In this document: piece after piece, positions 1 through 12,100 of the stretch | Layout of the letters: each line of letters opens with the position of its first letter | Position numbering within the stretch: position 1 is the stretch's first letter | DNA from: an uncultured Methylomirabilota bacterium | GTDB lineage: Bacteria; Methylomirabilota; Methylomirabilia; Methylomirabilales; 2-02-FULL-66-22 | DNA length: 64,000 nucleotides | NCBI GenBank assembly: GCA_963845565.1 | Contig: CAWJSJ010000005.1 | Coordinates: 704,001 to 768,000 of the forward strand | Direction: 5' to 3' | Translations under genes and position numbers: made by a program | The notes under the pieces: model-generated | Told to the model about the DNA's origin: nothing | Database searches by the model: none | What the model saw: the letters and a program-made list of their open reading frames with translations, nothing else

Positions 1-1631
1 GAACCCCGAGGCGGCGCTCTGGACGCTTCACGCCGAGTTTGTGTCCGGGCGGCAGGGCGAGAACCAACTGTTCGCTCTCGCCGAACTCTCTTTCCTTCAT
101 GCGGAGCGCACCAAGAAACAGCCGCTACTATCTCGCGGCGGCTCTCTACGCCTATGCCTTTCTGTTCCCACCGCCCGGGACGCCGACCGCTGATCCGTAT
201 GATCCCCGGTTCCGGAACGCCAGCGACCTCTTCAATCGCGCCCTCACCGGGGCGCTCCGATCTCCGGACGGGACCTATGGAGACTTCCGGGACGCGGTCC
301 TGCCGCTCCCCTTTGGTGAGATGGCGATCGCCTTCGACCCCGCGCAGCTCACCTGGCTGGACCGGCGCCTGACCGACTTCGTCTCGGTCGCCGATGTGGA
401 GGTCAAGGGACTGCGGAACCGATATCGCCGCACCGGCGTGGGGGCGCCCTTTGCCGCGTCCACGGTGGCCGGCGCCGCGCGACCCGGTCTCGACATCCCG
501 CTCCGGCTGAAGGTGCCGGTCACCGCCTTTCTCCGGATCGACGACCCGTGGGCGCAGCTCAAGACCACACGGCTCCGCGCCACGCTGGAGCTGTACAGGA
601 CGTTCGAGACGGACGCGGTCCAGGTCGGGGGCCGGCCCGTCCCGCTGGAGGCGGAGCCCACGGCGGCGCTGGCCGCCATGCTGAGCGGGTCAGCAGCCTG
701 GGATTTCGAGCTGGGCGGTTTCCTCTTCGGGGATCTCTTGCGCCAGCGCACGCCGACCCAGCTCGCGGCGCTCGAGCCGTACCAGCCCGGCCGGATCCCG
801 GTGGTCTTTATCCACGGGACGGCCTCCAGTCCGGCGCGGTGGGCCGAGATGTTCAACGAGCTCCAGAACGACCCCCGACTCCGCCCGCATTACCAGTTTT
901 GGTTCTTCACCTACGAGACCGGGAATCCGGTCCTCTACTCGGCCATGCGCCTCCGCGAATCGCTGGAGACCGCGCTGCGGACGGTCGATCCCGGCAATCA
1001 GGACCCAGCCTTGCGCCAGATGGTGCTCATCGGCCACAGCCAGGGCGGCCTCCTGGTGAAGCTGATGGTCGTGGACCTGGAAGGAGAGATCCGCGCCCAG
1101 TTGGGCTCGGCGCTGGACAGTTCCGGGTTATCCGACGAGGCGCGCGACCTCGCACAACGGATAGTGGCGGTGCGGCCGCTCCCCTTCGTCCGCCGGGTCA
1201 TCTTTCTTGCCACGCCGCACCGGGGAAGCTACGTGGCCGGTAATTGGCTGCCGCACCAGATTGCCCGTTTCGTTCGACTGCCCGGTCAGCTTCTCCGCGT
1301 CACCGAGGACATCTTGCTGCGGGACCCCGAATTGGCCGTGCGGTACCGCGGCCGGTTGAGCAGCGTGGACGCGATGACGCCGGGGAGCCCCCTGATCACG
1401 GAGCTGGCCCCGGCCCCCCTGGCCCCTGGTGTCATCGGCCATTCCATCATTGCCGTAAAAGGGGACGGGCCGTTCCGGCAAGACACCGATGGCGTGGTCG
1501 CGTACGAAAGCGCCCACCTGGACGGCATGGCGTCCGAATTGGTCGTCACCTCGGGTCACTCCGTCCAGCAAAACCCCGAGGCGATTGAGGAGGTGCGGCG
1601 GATCCTCCTGGAACACGCCACGCGACCGTGA
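1..1631 (+). CDS. Alpha/beta-hydrolase (esterase/lipase-like), 5'-truncated by the window edge; frameshift near 115
   Basis: VFIHGTASS, nucleophile elbow GHSQGG, TDGVV and HSVQ triad motifs. An upstream frame from base 2 (NPEAALWTLHAE...LFALAELSFLHA) matches the N-terminus of the paralog at 24750. Confidence 0.8.
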   Translation, partial: TPRRRSGRFTPSLCPGGRARTNCSLSPNSLSFMRSAPRNSRYYLAAALYAYAFLFPPPGTPTADPYDPRFRNASDLFNRALTGALRSPDGTYGDFRDAVLPLPFGEMAIAFDPAQLTWLDRRLTDFVSVADVEVKGLRNRYRRTGVGAPFAASTVAGAARPGLDIPLRLKVPVTAFLRIDDPWAQLKTTRLRATLELYRTFETDAVQVGGRPVPLEAEPTAALAAMLSGSAAWDFELGGFLFGDLLRQRTPTQLAALEPYQPGRIPVVFIHGTASSPARWAEMFNELQNDPRLRPHYQFWFFTYETGNPVLYSAMRLRESLETALRTVDPGNQDPALRQMVLIGHSQGGLLVKLMVVDLEGEIRAQLGSALDSSGLSDEARDLAQRIVAVRPLPFVRRVIFLATPHRGSYVAGNWLPHQIARFVRLPGQLLRVTEDILLRDPELAVRYRGRLSSVDAMTPGSPLITELAPAPLAPGVIGHSIIAVKGDGPFRQDTDGVVAYESAHLDGMASELVVTSGHSVQQNPEAIEEVRRILLEHATRP

Positions 1632-1724
1632 CGCCCGATGCGAGCTGACCAATGACCAATCGCCACCGCGTACCAGCGACGCCTGATCCGTTCCGGACCG
1701 CCGCCCCCAAGGGTTCTTATTAAG

Positions 1725-1762
1725 CCCGCATTGTGCGCGAGTTGTGTTCGCGAATAATGCGG
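1725..1762. repeat. Palindromic REP-like repeat, CCCGCATTATTCGCGAAC family, copy 1 (degenerate)
   Basis: cccgcattgtgcgcgagttgtgttcgcgaataatgcgg resembles the perfect palindrome at 37115-37152. Confidence 0.65.
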
Positions 1763-1870
1763 TCTGGCACTGGCGTTGGGTGACCGTTGCAAGCGGCTCA
1801 GTCTCTCGACGGGGTTGGGTGGCGGTCGATAGGCGCTTGGTGCGCTGGGATAAAGCAGCATGGAGGTCGC

Positions 1871-3893
1871 ATGAGAGGTGTGTCCGTTCGCATTCTTGTC
1901 CTTCTTCTTCTGACCCTCGCCGCGCCGCAGCCTTCCCGCGGTTTCGATTCCGCCAACATGGACACCAGCGTCAGTCCCTGCGTCGATTTCTACCAGTACG
2001 CGGTGGGTGCCTGGGAAAAGCGCACCACCATTCCCGCCGAATACGGCAAATACGGGGTGGACCAGGAGGTCGAAGGGCGCACGTTCGCCATTGTGAAGGG
2101 CATCCTCGAAGGCGCCGCGGCGGACCGGTCCGCCCCCAAGGGGTCCGAGCGGCAGAAGGTGGGGGATTTCTTCGCGGCTGGCATGGATGAGGCCCGCATC
2201 GAGCAGGAGGGGGTGCGGCCCTTGGAGCGTTTCCTCGCCCGCATTGCCGCCGTCCGGGATCGCAACGCGCTGGCTGTCGAGATCGCCCTCCTGCAGGTAA
2301 TCGGGACCGGCGCGGCCTTCCGGCTAGAGGTGGGCCCGGACGACCGGAACAGCGGCGTGAACATCCTGCAACTCTCCCAGCAAGGCCTCGGCTTGCCGGA
2401 TCGGGACTATTACCTGAAGCAGGATGCGCAATCCACAGACGCTTCGCGGAGAGTACCTGGCGCACCTCACGCGGATGTTTGGCCTGCTGGGTGACCCCGT
2501 GCCCACCGCCGCGCGAAACGCGCAAACCGTGATGCGACTGGAAACACGGCTCGCCCGGGCATCCATGACGCGGACGGAGACCGACGACCCCGTCGCGACG
2601 TATCACAAGATGAGCCGGACGATGCTCGCCAAGCACGCACCCGGCTTTGCCTGGGATGCGTACTTTCGGGCCCTGGGACTGGAGGGCGCGGGGCCCCTCC
2701 TCGTGCGCCAGCCCGCGTTCTTCAAGGAGTTGGGCCGGATGGCCCAGGGCGTTCCCCTTCCGGAGTGGAAGACGTATTTGCGCTGGCACCTTCTCCGCGC
2801 CACGGCCGGTTACCTGAGTTCCCCTTTCGAGCGCGAAGCCTTCGCCTTCAACGGGACCACCCTCGAGGGGACGCCGGCGCTTCCGCCGCGATGGAAGCGC
2901 GTGCTCGCCGAAACCGACGCGGCCCTGGGCGAGGCGCTGGGCAAACTCTATGTCGAGCGCGCTTTCAGCCCGCAGGCCAAGCAGAAGGCGTTGGAGATGG
3001 TGGCGAACCTCCGGGCTGCGCTGCGGGCGCGCCTCCAGCGGCTGGAGTGGATGGGGGAGGCCACCAAGGCGAGCGCCCTGGTCAAGCTCGACGCCATGCA
3101 CCTGAAGATCGGCTATCCCGACGTCTGGCGCGACTACGGCGCCTTGCAGGTCAGCCGGACCGGGTATCTGCGGAACGTCCTCGCCGCCCGACGCTTCGAG
3201 TTCCAGCGCGGGCTGGCCAAGGTGGGCAAGCCCGTGGATCGCGCCGAGTGGTCCATGACACCGATCACCAACAACGCCTTCTATGAACCCACGCGGAATG
3301 AACTGGTGTTTCCCGCGGGCATCCTGCAGCCGCCGTTCTTCGACCCCGCGGCGGACGATGCCCTGAACTACGGGAATATCGGCGCCACGATCGGCCACGA
3401 GATGACCCATGGGTTCGACGACGTGGGCCGACAGTACGACGCCCAGGGCAACCTGCGGGACTGGTGGACCGCCGCCGACGAGAAGGCGTTCACGGAGCGG
3501 GCCGCCTTGCTGGTGAAACAGTTCGTTGCCTTCGAGCCGATCCCCGGCATGCACATCAACGGCACGCTGACCCTCGGAGAGAACCTCGCCGACCTGGGAG
3601 GCCTCTCCATTGCCTACGACGCATTCGAGCGGTCCCGGCAGGGCAAGTCGGCGGCAGTTCCGCAGGACGGGTTCACGCCGGAGCAGCGCTTCTTCCTGAG
3701 CTATGCGGAGACCTGGCGGTTCAAGCACCGGGAGGAGACCCTGCGGGCCCGCCTCCTGACGGACGAGCACGCGCCCCCCAAGTACCGAGTCCTGGGCCCC
3801 CTGGCCAACCTGCCGGAGTTCGCCGCGGCCTTCAACTGCAAGCCCGGCGATGCGATGGTGCGCCCTGCGGGGGATCGGCCGAACAACTGGTAA
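1871..3893 (+). CDS. Secreted M13-family (neprilysin/PepO-like) zinc metallopeptidase; frameshift near 2435
   Basis: GGAGG RBS at 1862, signal peptide, PCVDFYQY, NAFY, HEMTH (HExxH) and GENLAD motifs. Joins ORFs 1787..2494 and 2424..3893. Confidence 0.9.
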
Positions 3894-4010
3894 CCCGGTG
3901 ACAATCGGTGCGGAACCCCACTGGCATATTTCGCCCTCCACGACCAACTGGCCGAGGCATCCTGCTTGGCCGGGACAGCGTAACGACAGCTCTCACTGAA
4001 CTCCGGTGAT

Positions 4011-4032
4011 AGGCGAACTCGGTTCGCCTTTT
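4011..4032 (+). terminator. Putative intrinsic terminator after the M13 gene
   Basis: AGGCGAAC-TCG-GTTCGCCT stem followed by TTT. Confidence 0.45.
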
Positions 4033-4375
4033 CGGGACCGGTTCCACTTGGATTGCGACGTCGTCGCCCGCTCGACGGGAACCTGTGTCCTCGCTTTCCC
4101 GCCTCAGCTTTTCCGTCTATACCCGTGGGTCGGATTCGTGATATAGGTAAAAAACAACCGGCCACGACTTGACGGGCGCTAGCGCTCACCTAATTGAGAG
4201 CGATGTTCCGGCGCCCCCCAAGCCAGAATCGTACCACCTGGAACGGACCTCATGGGTACGCTCTCCCTGGCTTGTCTCATCACACATTCGAACTGGAAAA
4301 GATCCCGCTTGGCCCACCGACGCTCGGCGCGGTGGAGCCATTGGAAGGACCGGGCTGCCTGGAAGGCTGACGTGG

Positions 4376-4579
4376 GTCTTCGGGACGGTGACGGATCCGA
4401 GCAAGCTGCCCGGCGCCGTTGTGTCCATGAATCCTTATATGGCCGCGGCCCGCTTTGTGATGGAGAAGAATGCGACAGAAAAAGACGTGAGGCACACCAG
4501 CAAAGAGATCGTGAGCGAGATCCTGAAATATCAGGACAAATTCCGGGAGCAGGCCGAGTCTCCGCAATCGGCCAAATGA
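4376..4579 (+). pseudogene. C-terminal relic of a DUF4410-like protein
   Basis: VFGTVTDPSKLPGAVVSMNPYMAAARFVMEKNATEKDV...IVSEILKY reads like a DUF4410-type C-terminus; the upstream part of ORF 4169..4579 is not protein-like. Confidence 0.45.
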
Positions 4580-4627
4580 TCGTCCGGGGCGCCGGTGCCC
4601 CACGGTGGGTGTCAGGAGGAATCATCC

Positions 4628-5962
4628 ATGTGCTCCATGCGTTGGTCGGCGCTCCGACGGCAAAGCTCGTTCGTCGCGAGCGTCTTCGGCGCGACGCTGC
4701 TACTCCTTGGGCTCGTCGCGTGTGAAAAGGTCAAGGGCGCGGCCACTCAGAAACAGACTCCGACCGGCCCACCACCCGCCGTCATCGTGACCCCCGTTCT
4801 GCAGAAGACCGTCCCCATCTTTCTCGAATTCGTCGCCCGCACGGATGCCGTGGAAACGGTGGAAGTTCGCGCTCGGGTACAGGCCTATCTTCGGGAGCAG
4901 CATTTTCGGGAAGGCACGTTGGTCCAGAAGGACGAACTTCTATTCACGTTGGACAAGCGACAGTACGAGGCCGAGCTTCGACAGGCGCGGGGACAGCTTG
5001 CCAAAGCGAAGGCCGAGCTCGTTTTCGCCCAGGACAAGGCGAACGTCGAGACCGCCAAGGCGAACGTCGGAATCGCCAAAGCCAACCTGGCCAAGGCCGA
5101 CAATGACGTCAATCGCCTAAAGCCCCTGGCCGAGAAGCAAGCCGTCCCGAAGCAGGATTACGACACCGCCCTCACGTCCCAGCAGGCGGCCCGGGCCGAC
5201 GTGGAATCCCGCACGGCCCAGCTGGCAACGGCAGAGGTGAACCAGAGGGCCGCCATCGAGAAGGGTCATGGGAGCGTGGAGCAGGCGGAAGGCGACGTTG
5301 CGCTGGCGGAGCTGAATCTCAGCTATTGTACGATCCGGGCCCCCATCGCCGGCCTGATCGGCGAGCGCAAGGTCGCGCCGGGCAATCTCGTGGGACGCGG
5401 CGAGGCCACGCTGCTGGACACGTTATCCAGCGTCGATCCCATCCGCGTCTATCTGGCCGTCAGCGAGGCGGACTATTTGAACTTCATGACTCTGCGGAAA
5501 GGACCGACGAAGGGGATTGGCGAGGGACTCGATTTGACCTTGGCGAACGGCAGTGTGTTTCCCCACAAGGGCCGCATCGTCATCGCCGACCGGGCCGTGG
5601 ACGAAAAGACCGGAACCCTTTCGTTGATCGCCGAATTCCCGAATCCGGATGGGCTACTCCGGCCCAACCAGTTCGGCCGCGTTCGGATGGCCGGCCGCAC
5701 GATCGAGAATGCTCTGCTGGTGCCGCAGCGCGCCGTCACCGAGTTGCAGGACGCGAAGGCCGTCTATGTCGTCGGCCCTGACAACAAGGTGGCCATGCGG
5801 ACGGTGGACGTGGGTGAGCCCTACGAAAGCTTCTTCATCGTCATGGGCGGGGTGAAGGCTGGGGACCGGGTCATCACGGAAGGCGTCGTGAAGGCCCGGC
5901 CCGGCATGCTTGTGCAGGCGACTGAAGCGCCTGCAGTTCCTCAGAACGCGGCCAAACCATAG
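4628..5962 (+). CDS. RND efflux periplasmic adaptor (AcrA/MFP family)
   Basis: GGAGGA RBS; lipobox-like LVAC; VEVRARV, coiled coil, TIRAPIAG and FPNPDGLLRP motifs. Confidence 0.9.
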   Translation: MCSMRWSALRRQSSFVASVFGATLLLLGLVACEKVKGAATQKQTPTGPPPAVIVTPVLQKTVPIFLEFVARTDAVETVEVRARVQAYLREQHFREGTLVQKDELLFTLDKRQYEAELRQARGQLAKAKAELVFAQDKANVETAKANVGIAKANLAKADNDVNRLKPLAEKQAVPKQDYDTALTSQQAARADVESRTAQLATAEVNQRAAIEKGHGSVEQAEGDVALAELNLSYCTIRAPIAGLIGERKVAPGNLVGRGEATLLDTLSSVDPIRVYLAVSEADYLNFMTLRKGPTKGIGEGLDLTLANGSVFPHKGRIVIADRAVDEKTGTLSLIAEFPNPDGLLRPNQFGRVRMAGRTIENALLVPQRAVTELQDAKAVYVVGPDNKVAMRTVDVGEPYESFFIVMGGVKAGDRVITEGVVKARPGMLVQATEAPAVPQNAAKP

Positions 5963-5977
5963 AAGGATTAGCGCCGC

Positions 5978-8900
5978 ATGGCCCGTTTTTTCTTGCAGCG
6001 CCGCGTCTTTGCCATCGTCATTTCTCTCGTCATCACGTTGGCGGGGACATTGGCACTCTTCCATTTGCCCATCGCGCTCTATCCACAGATCACGCCACCC
6101 GTAGTCCGGGTCCAAACCACCTACACGGGTGCCAGCGCAGAGGTTGTCGAGCAGTCCGTCGCCACCCCGATCGAGCAGGAGATCAACGGCGCCGAGGGGA
6201 TGCTATACATGTCCTCGAAGAGCTCCTCGGACGGCCGGTACGTCCTGGACATCACGTTTGGCCTGGGGCGGGACGCGGACCTGGCCATGGTGGACGTGCA
6301 GAACCGGCTGTCGAAGGCCGAGGCCAAGCTGCCGCAAGAGGTGCTGAGCTTTGGCGTGACGGTGAAAAAGCAATCGCCGTCCATGCTGATGGTCCTGACG
6401 CTGTACTCTCCCGACAACAGCTACGACGCCGTCTTTCTGAGCAACTACGCGACGCTGAACCTGGTGGATCCCATCAAGCGCATTCCGGGCGTCGGGGACC
6501 TCACGATCGCGGGGCAGCGCGATTACGCGATGCGGCTGTGGCTCCGGCCTGACAAGCTGGCGAAGCTTGGTCTGACGGCCGATGACGTGACGCGAGCCAT
6601 CCAGGAGCAGAACAAGCAGGCCGCCAGCGGCCAGATCGGCCAGCCGCCCGCGAAGGCCGGGGTGGATTTCCAGTACACGGTGAACGTCAAGGGACGGCTG
6701 GCCGCGAGCAAAGAGTTCGGGGACATCATCCTCCGGGCGCAGCCCGACGGCTCCATCCTGCGGATCAAGGACGTGGCCCGGACGGAGCTGGCGGCCCAGG
6801 ACTACAACAACATCGGGCGCCTGAACGGCGTGCCGGCCACGGTGCTCATCGTCTACCAGCTCTCCGACGCCAACGCCCTGGAAACGGCCAGGGGTGTGAA
6901 CACGCTGATGGGGGAGTTGAGCCACTACTTTCCCCCGGGCCTCGCGTACGAGGTGAGCTACGACAACACCCGCTTCATCACCGCCTCGCTGGAGGAGGTC
7001 GTCCACACCTTCTTCGAGGCCCTCCTCCTCGTGGCCCTGGTCGTGTTCCTCTTCCTCGGGACCGTCCGCGCCACCCTCATCCCCATGCTGGCGGTCCCGG
7101 TCTCCATCATCGGGACCTTCGCCGCCTTCGTCCCCCTCGGCTTCTCCATCAACACGCTCACCCTCTTCGGCCTGGTGCTCGCCATCGGGATCGTGGTGGA
7201 CGACGCCATCGTGGTGGTCGAGGCGGTGGAGCACCACATCGAGCAGGGGCGCCCCCCTTCGAGGCCGCGAAGCACGCCATGGCCGAGGTTGCGGGCCCGG
7301 TGGTGGCCATCGCCCTGGTCCTCTGCGCGGTGTTCGTGCCCGTCGCCTTCCTGGGCGGGATCACCGGCCAGCTCTACCGGCAGTTCGCCCTCACCCTGTC
7401 CATCTCCGTCCTCCTGTCCGCCCTGGTGGCGCTGACCCTCACCCCGGCGCTCTGCGTGATGATCCTCCGCCCGCGCACGCGGATGCGGGGCCCCGTCGGC
7501 GCCGCCCTCCGGGCCTTCAACGCCGGCTTCGCCCGCCTCACGGCCGGTTACACCACCGGGGTGCGCTGGGCGATTCGCGGCTGGCCCGTGACCCTCGCCG
7601 TTCTCCTCGGCCTCGCCGCCCTCGCGTTCGGCCTCCTCCGGACGCTCCCCACGGGGTTCGTGCCCAATGAAGACCAGGGCGTCCTGTTCGTCGCCTTCAT
7701 CCTGCCGGATGGCGCCTCGGTGGAACGTACGGATGCCGTGACACGGCGGGCGGAAGAGTTCCTCAAGAAGCTGGATGGCGTGCAGAGCGTTGTGACCATG
7801 GGCGGGCTGAACATCCTGACCAGCGTCTTCACCTCGAACAACGCCACAATCATCGTGAGCCTCAAGCCCTGGAGCGAGCGGACGACGGCGGACACCCGCC
7901 TCCGTACAATCTTTGCGAAGATGCGCCGAGAATTCAGCAGCTACCCGGAGGCGGTCGCCCTGGTCATGCCCCCGGCGCCGATCCCAGGGCTTGGAACGGC
8001 GGGAGGTTTTCAGTTCGAGCTGCAAGATCAGTCGGGGCAGTCGCCCGGAGCCCTCGACCACACCGCCCGCCAGTTCCTCGCCGCCGCGGCCGAGCGCCCG
8101 GAACTCAGCGGGCTCTTCACCGCCTTCCGCACCACCGTCCCCCAGGTGAAGGTGGACCTCGACCGGGAGAAGGTGAAGACCCTCGGCATCCCGGTGAACA
8201 CGGTCTTCGACAGCCTCCAGACCTACCTCGGGGGCCTGCTGGTGAACGACTTCAACCGGTTCGGGCGGACCTGGAAGGTGAAGGTGCAGGCCGAGCCGGA
8301 GTTCCGCCTCGCCCCCCGGAACATCCAGAACATCTACGTCCGGACCCAGACGGGCAGCATGGTCCCCCTGAGCACGCTGGCCACGGTGAAAGCCAGCGTC
8401 GGCCCCGACATGCTCCAGCGCTACAACCTCCTGCGGGCCGCCGAGGTAAGCGGCGCGGCCGCCCCCGGGTACAGCTCGGGCCAGGCCCTCCAGGCCATGG
8501 AGGAGGTCGCGCAGGCGACCCTGCCCCAGGGCTTCGGCTACGAGTGGACCGGCACGGCCTTCCAGGAGAAGGCGGCGAGCGGCGCCCAGGCCCTCATCTT
8601 CGGCCTCGCCCTGGTCCTGGTGTTCCTCTGCCTCGCCGCCCAGTACGAGAGCTGGGGCATCCCCTTCGGGGTCCTCCTCGGCATCCCCATCGGGGTGGCC
8701 GGGGCGTTCCTGGCCGTCTGGCTGCGCGGTCTCACCAACGACGTCTATGTCCAGATCGGCCTGGTCATGCTCATCGGTCTGGCCGCCAAGAACGCCATCC
8801 TGATCGTCGAGTTCGCCAAGGAGAAGCACGAGCGGGACGGCCTCCCCCTCGTGGAGGCCGCCCTCCAGGGCGCCCAGCTGCGCTTCCGGCCCATCCTCAT

Positions 8901-9135
8901 GACCTCGTTGGCCTTCATCCTGGGGGTGGTCCCCCTCGTGATCGCCCGGGGCGCGGGCGCCGCCTCCCGCTGGTCGCTCGGCACGGCGGTCTTCGGCGGC
9001 ATGCTCGCCGCCACCGCCCTCGGCGTCATCATCATCCCGGTCCTCTTCGTGACGATCGAGCGGCTCCTCGCCCGGCTGCGGGGCCCGGCGGGGACACAGG
9101 CGGACGCGTCCCGCGCCGCCGAGGGCGAGTCCTGA
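5978..9135 (+). CDS. RND efflux permease (AcrB/HAE1 family), copy 1; 1-bp deletion near 7254
   Basis: GIVVDDAIVVVE, KNAILIVEFA and RFRPILMT motifs. Versus copy 2, gcccgcccttc is read as gccccccttc (one G lost). Confidence 0.92.
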
Positions 9136-9154
9136 TGAGAGGTGACTGTTAGCC

Positions 9155-12100
9155 ATGGCGCAGTTCTTCCTCACCCACCGTGTCTTTGCGATTGTCATCT
9201 CTCTGGTCATCACGCTGGCGGGGGTGCTGTCTGTCTTTGGACTCCCCATCAGTCTGTACCCACAGATCAGCCCGCCCGTGGTCAGGGTCGAGACCACCTA
9301 CACGGGCGCCAGCGCCGAGGTTGTGGAAGAAACCGTGGCCGTCAATATCGAGTCGCAGATCAACGGCGCCGAGGGGATGCTGTACATGTCCTCCAAGAGC
9401 TCCTCGGACGGCCGGTACGTCTTGGACATCACGTTTGGCCTGGGGCGGGACGCGGACCTGGCCATGGTGGACGTGCAGAACCGCTTGCAGCAGGCCACGG
9501 CCAAGCTGCCGCAAGAGGTGGTGAGCTTCGGCATCACGGTGAAGAAACAATCGCCGGACAAACTGATGGTGATCTCGCTGTTCTCGCCGGATCAAAGCTA
9601 TGATGCGGTCTTCCTCAGCAACTACGCCTCCATCAACCTGGTCGATCCCATCACGCGGGTCCCCGGCGTCGGCAACCTCACGATCGTGGGGCAGCGCGAT
9701 TACGCGATGCGGCTGTGGCTCCGGCCCGACAAGCTGGCGAAGCTCGGCCTGACGGCCGATGACATCACGAATGTGATCAAAGAGCAGAACGTGCAAGCGC
9801 CCGCGGGCCAGATCGGCCAGCCGCCCGCGAAGGCCGGGGTGGATTTCCAGTACACGGTGAACGTCAAGGGGCGGCTGGCGACCTCGAAGGAATTCGAGGG
9901 CATGGTGGTGCGGACGTTGCCCGACGGCTCCATCCTGCGGATCAAGGACGTGGCCCGGACGGAGCTGGCCGCCCAGGACTACAACAACATCGGGCGCCTG
10001 AACGGCGTGCCGGCCACGGTGCTGGAGGTCTATCAACTCCCGGGGGCGAACGCGCTCCAGACCGCCGACGGAGTACGAAAAGCGCTCGAGCGGTTGGCCA
10101 CATTCTTTCCGCCCGGCCTGACCTATGAAATCAGCACGGACAACACCCGCTTCATCACCGCCTCGCTGGAGGAGGTCGTCCACACCTTCTTCGAGGCCCT
10201 CCTCCTCGTGGCCCTGGTCGTGTTCCTCTTCCTCGGGACCGTCCGCGCCACCCTCATCCCCATGCTGGCGGTCCCGGTCTCCATCATCGGGACCTTCGCC
10301 GCCTTCGTCCCCCTCGGCTTCTCCATCAACACGCTCACCCTCTTCGGCCTGGTGCTCGCCATCGGGATCGTGGTGGACGACGCCATCGTGGTGGTCGAGG
10401 CGGTGGAGCACCACATCGAGCAGGGGCGCCCGCCCTTCGAGGCCGCGAAGCACGCCATGGCCGAGGTCGCGGGCCCGGTGGTGGCCATCGCCCTGGTCCT
10501 CTGCGCGGTGTTCGTGCCCGTCGCCTTCCTGGGCGGGATCACCGGCCAGCTCTACCGGCAGTTCGCCCTCACCCTGTCCATCTCCGTCCTCCTCTCCGCC
10601 CTGGTGGCGCTGACCCTCACCCCGGCGCTCTGCGTGATGATCCTCCGCCCGCGCACGCGGATGCGGGGCCCCGTCGGCGCCGCCCTCCGGGCCTTCAACG
10701 CCGGCTTCGCCCGCCTCACGGCCGGTTACACCACCGGGGTGCGCTGGGCGATTCGCGGCTGGCCCGTGACCCTCGCCGTTCTCCTCGGCCTCGCCGCCCT
10801 CGCGTTCGGCCTCCTCCGGACGCTCCCCACGGGGTTCGTGCCGGACGAGGATCAGGGATACTTCTCCGTGGCCTTCATCTTGGCGGACGGCTCGTCAATG
10901 GAGCGCGCCGATGCGGTGGCGCGACGGGCCGAGGGTTTCTTGCGCACAGTGGAGGGCGTGCAGAGTGTCGTGACGCAGACCGGAAGGAACATCCTCACAG
11001 ACGTGTACAGCTCCAACAATGCCAGCCTGATCGTGAACTTGAAACCCTGGGAGGAGCGCCGGACCCAGGGCACGCAGCTTGCGGCAATTCTCGATCGCGC
11101 CCGCCGCGAGTTCAGTACGTATCCCGATGCGTTGGCGCTCGTCTTCACGCCCCCGCCGATCCCCGGCCTGGGAAACGCCGGGGGGCTGCAGTTCGAGGTG
11201 CAGGACCGGGCAGGCCGAGGCTCGCGCGAACTCGACCACACCGCCCGCCAGTTCCTCGCCGCCGCGGCCGAGCGCCCGGAACTCAGCGGGCTCTTCACCG
11301 CCTTCCGCACCACCGTCCCCCAGGTGAAGGTGGACCTCGACCGGGAGAAGGTGAAGACCCTCGGCATCCCGGTGAACACGGTCTTCGACAGCCTCCAGAC
11401 CTACCTCGGGGGCCTGCTGGTGAACGACTTCAACCGGTTCGGGCGGACCTGGAAGGTGAAGGTGCAGGCCGAGCCGGAGTTCCGCCTCGCCCCCCGGAAC
11501 ATCCAGAACATCTACGTCCGGACCCAGACGGGCAGCATGGTCCCCCTGAGCACGCTGGCCACGGTGAAAGCCAGCGTCGGCCCCGACATGCTCCAGCGCT
11601 ACAACCTCCTGCGGGCCGCCGAGGTAAGCGGCGCGGCCGCCCCCGGGTACAGCTCGGGCCAGGCCCTCCAGGCCATGGAGGAGGTCGCGCAGGCGACCCT
11701 GCCCCAGGGCTTCGGCTACGAGTGGACCGGCACGGCCTTCCAGGAGAAGGCGGCGAGCGGCGCCCAGGCCCTCATCTTCGGCCTCGCCCTGGTCCTGGTG
11801 TTCCTCTGCCTCGCCGCCCAGTACGAGAGCTGGGGCATCCCCTTCGGGGTCCTCCTCGGCATCCCCATCGGGGTGGCCGGGGCGTTCCTGGCCGTCTGGC
11901 TGCGCGGTCTCACCAACGACGTCTATGTCCAGATCGGCCTGGTCATGCTCATCGGTCTGGCCGCCAAGAACGCCATCCTGATCGTCGAGTTCGCCAAGGA
12001 GAAGCACGAGCGGGACGGCCTCCCCCTCGTGGAGGCCGCCCTCCAGGGCGCCCAGCTGCGCTTCCGGCCCATCCTCATGACCTCGTTGGCCTTCATCCTG

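Noticed and set aside
7240..7265. Programmed frameshift or phase variation in RND copy 1
   Set aside because: A single G is missing relative to copy 2 within a C-run, matching the indel pattern seen throughout the window.
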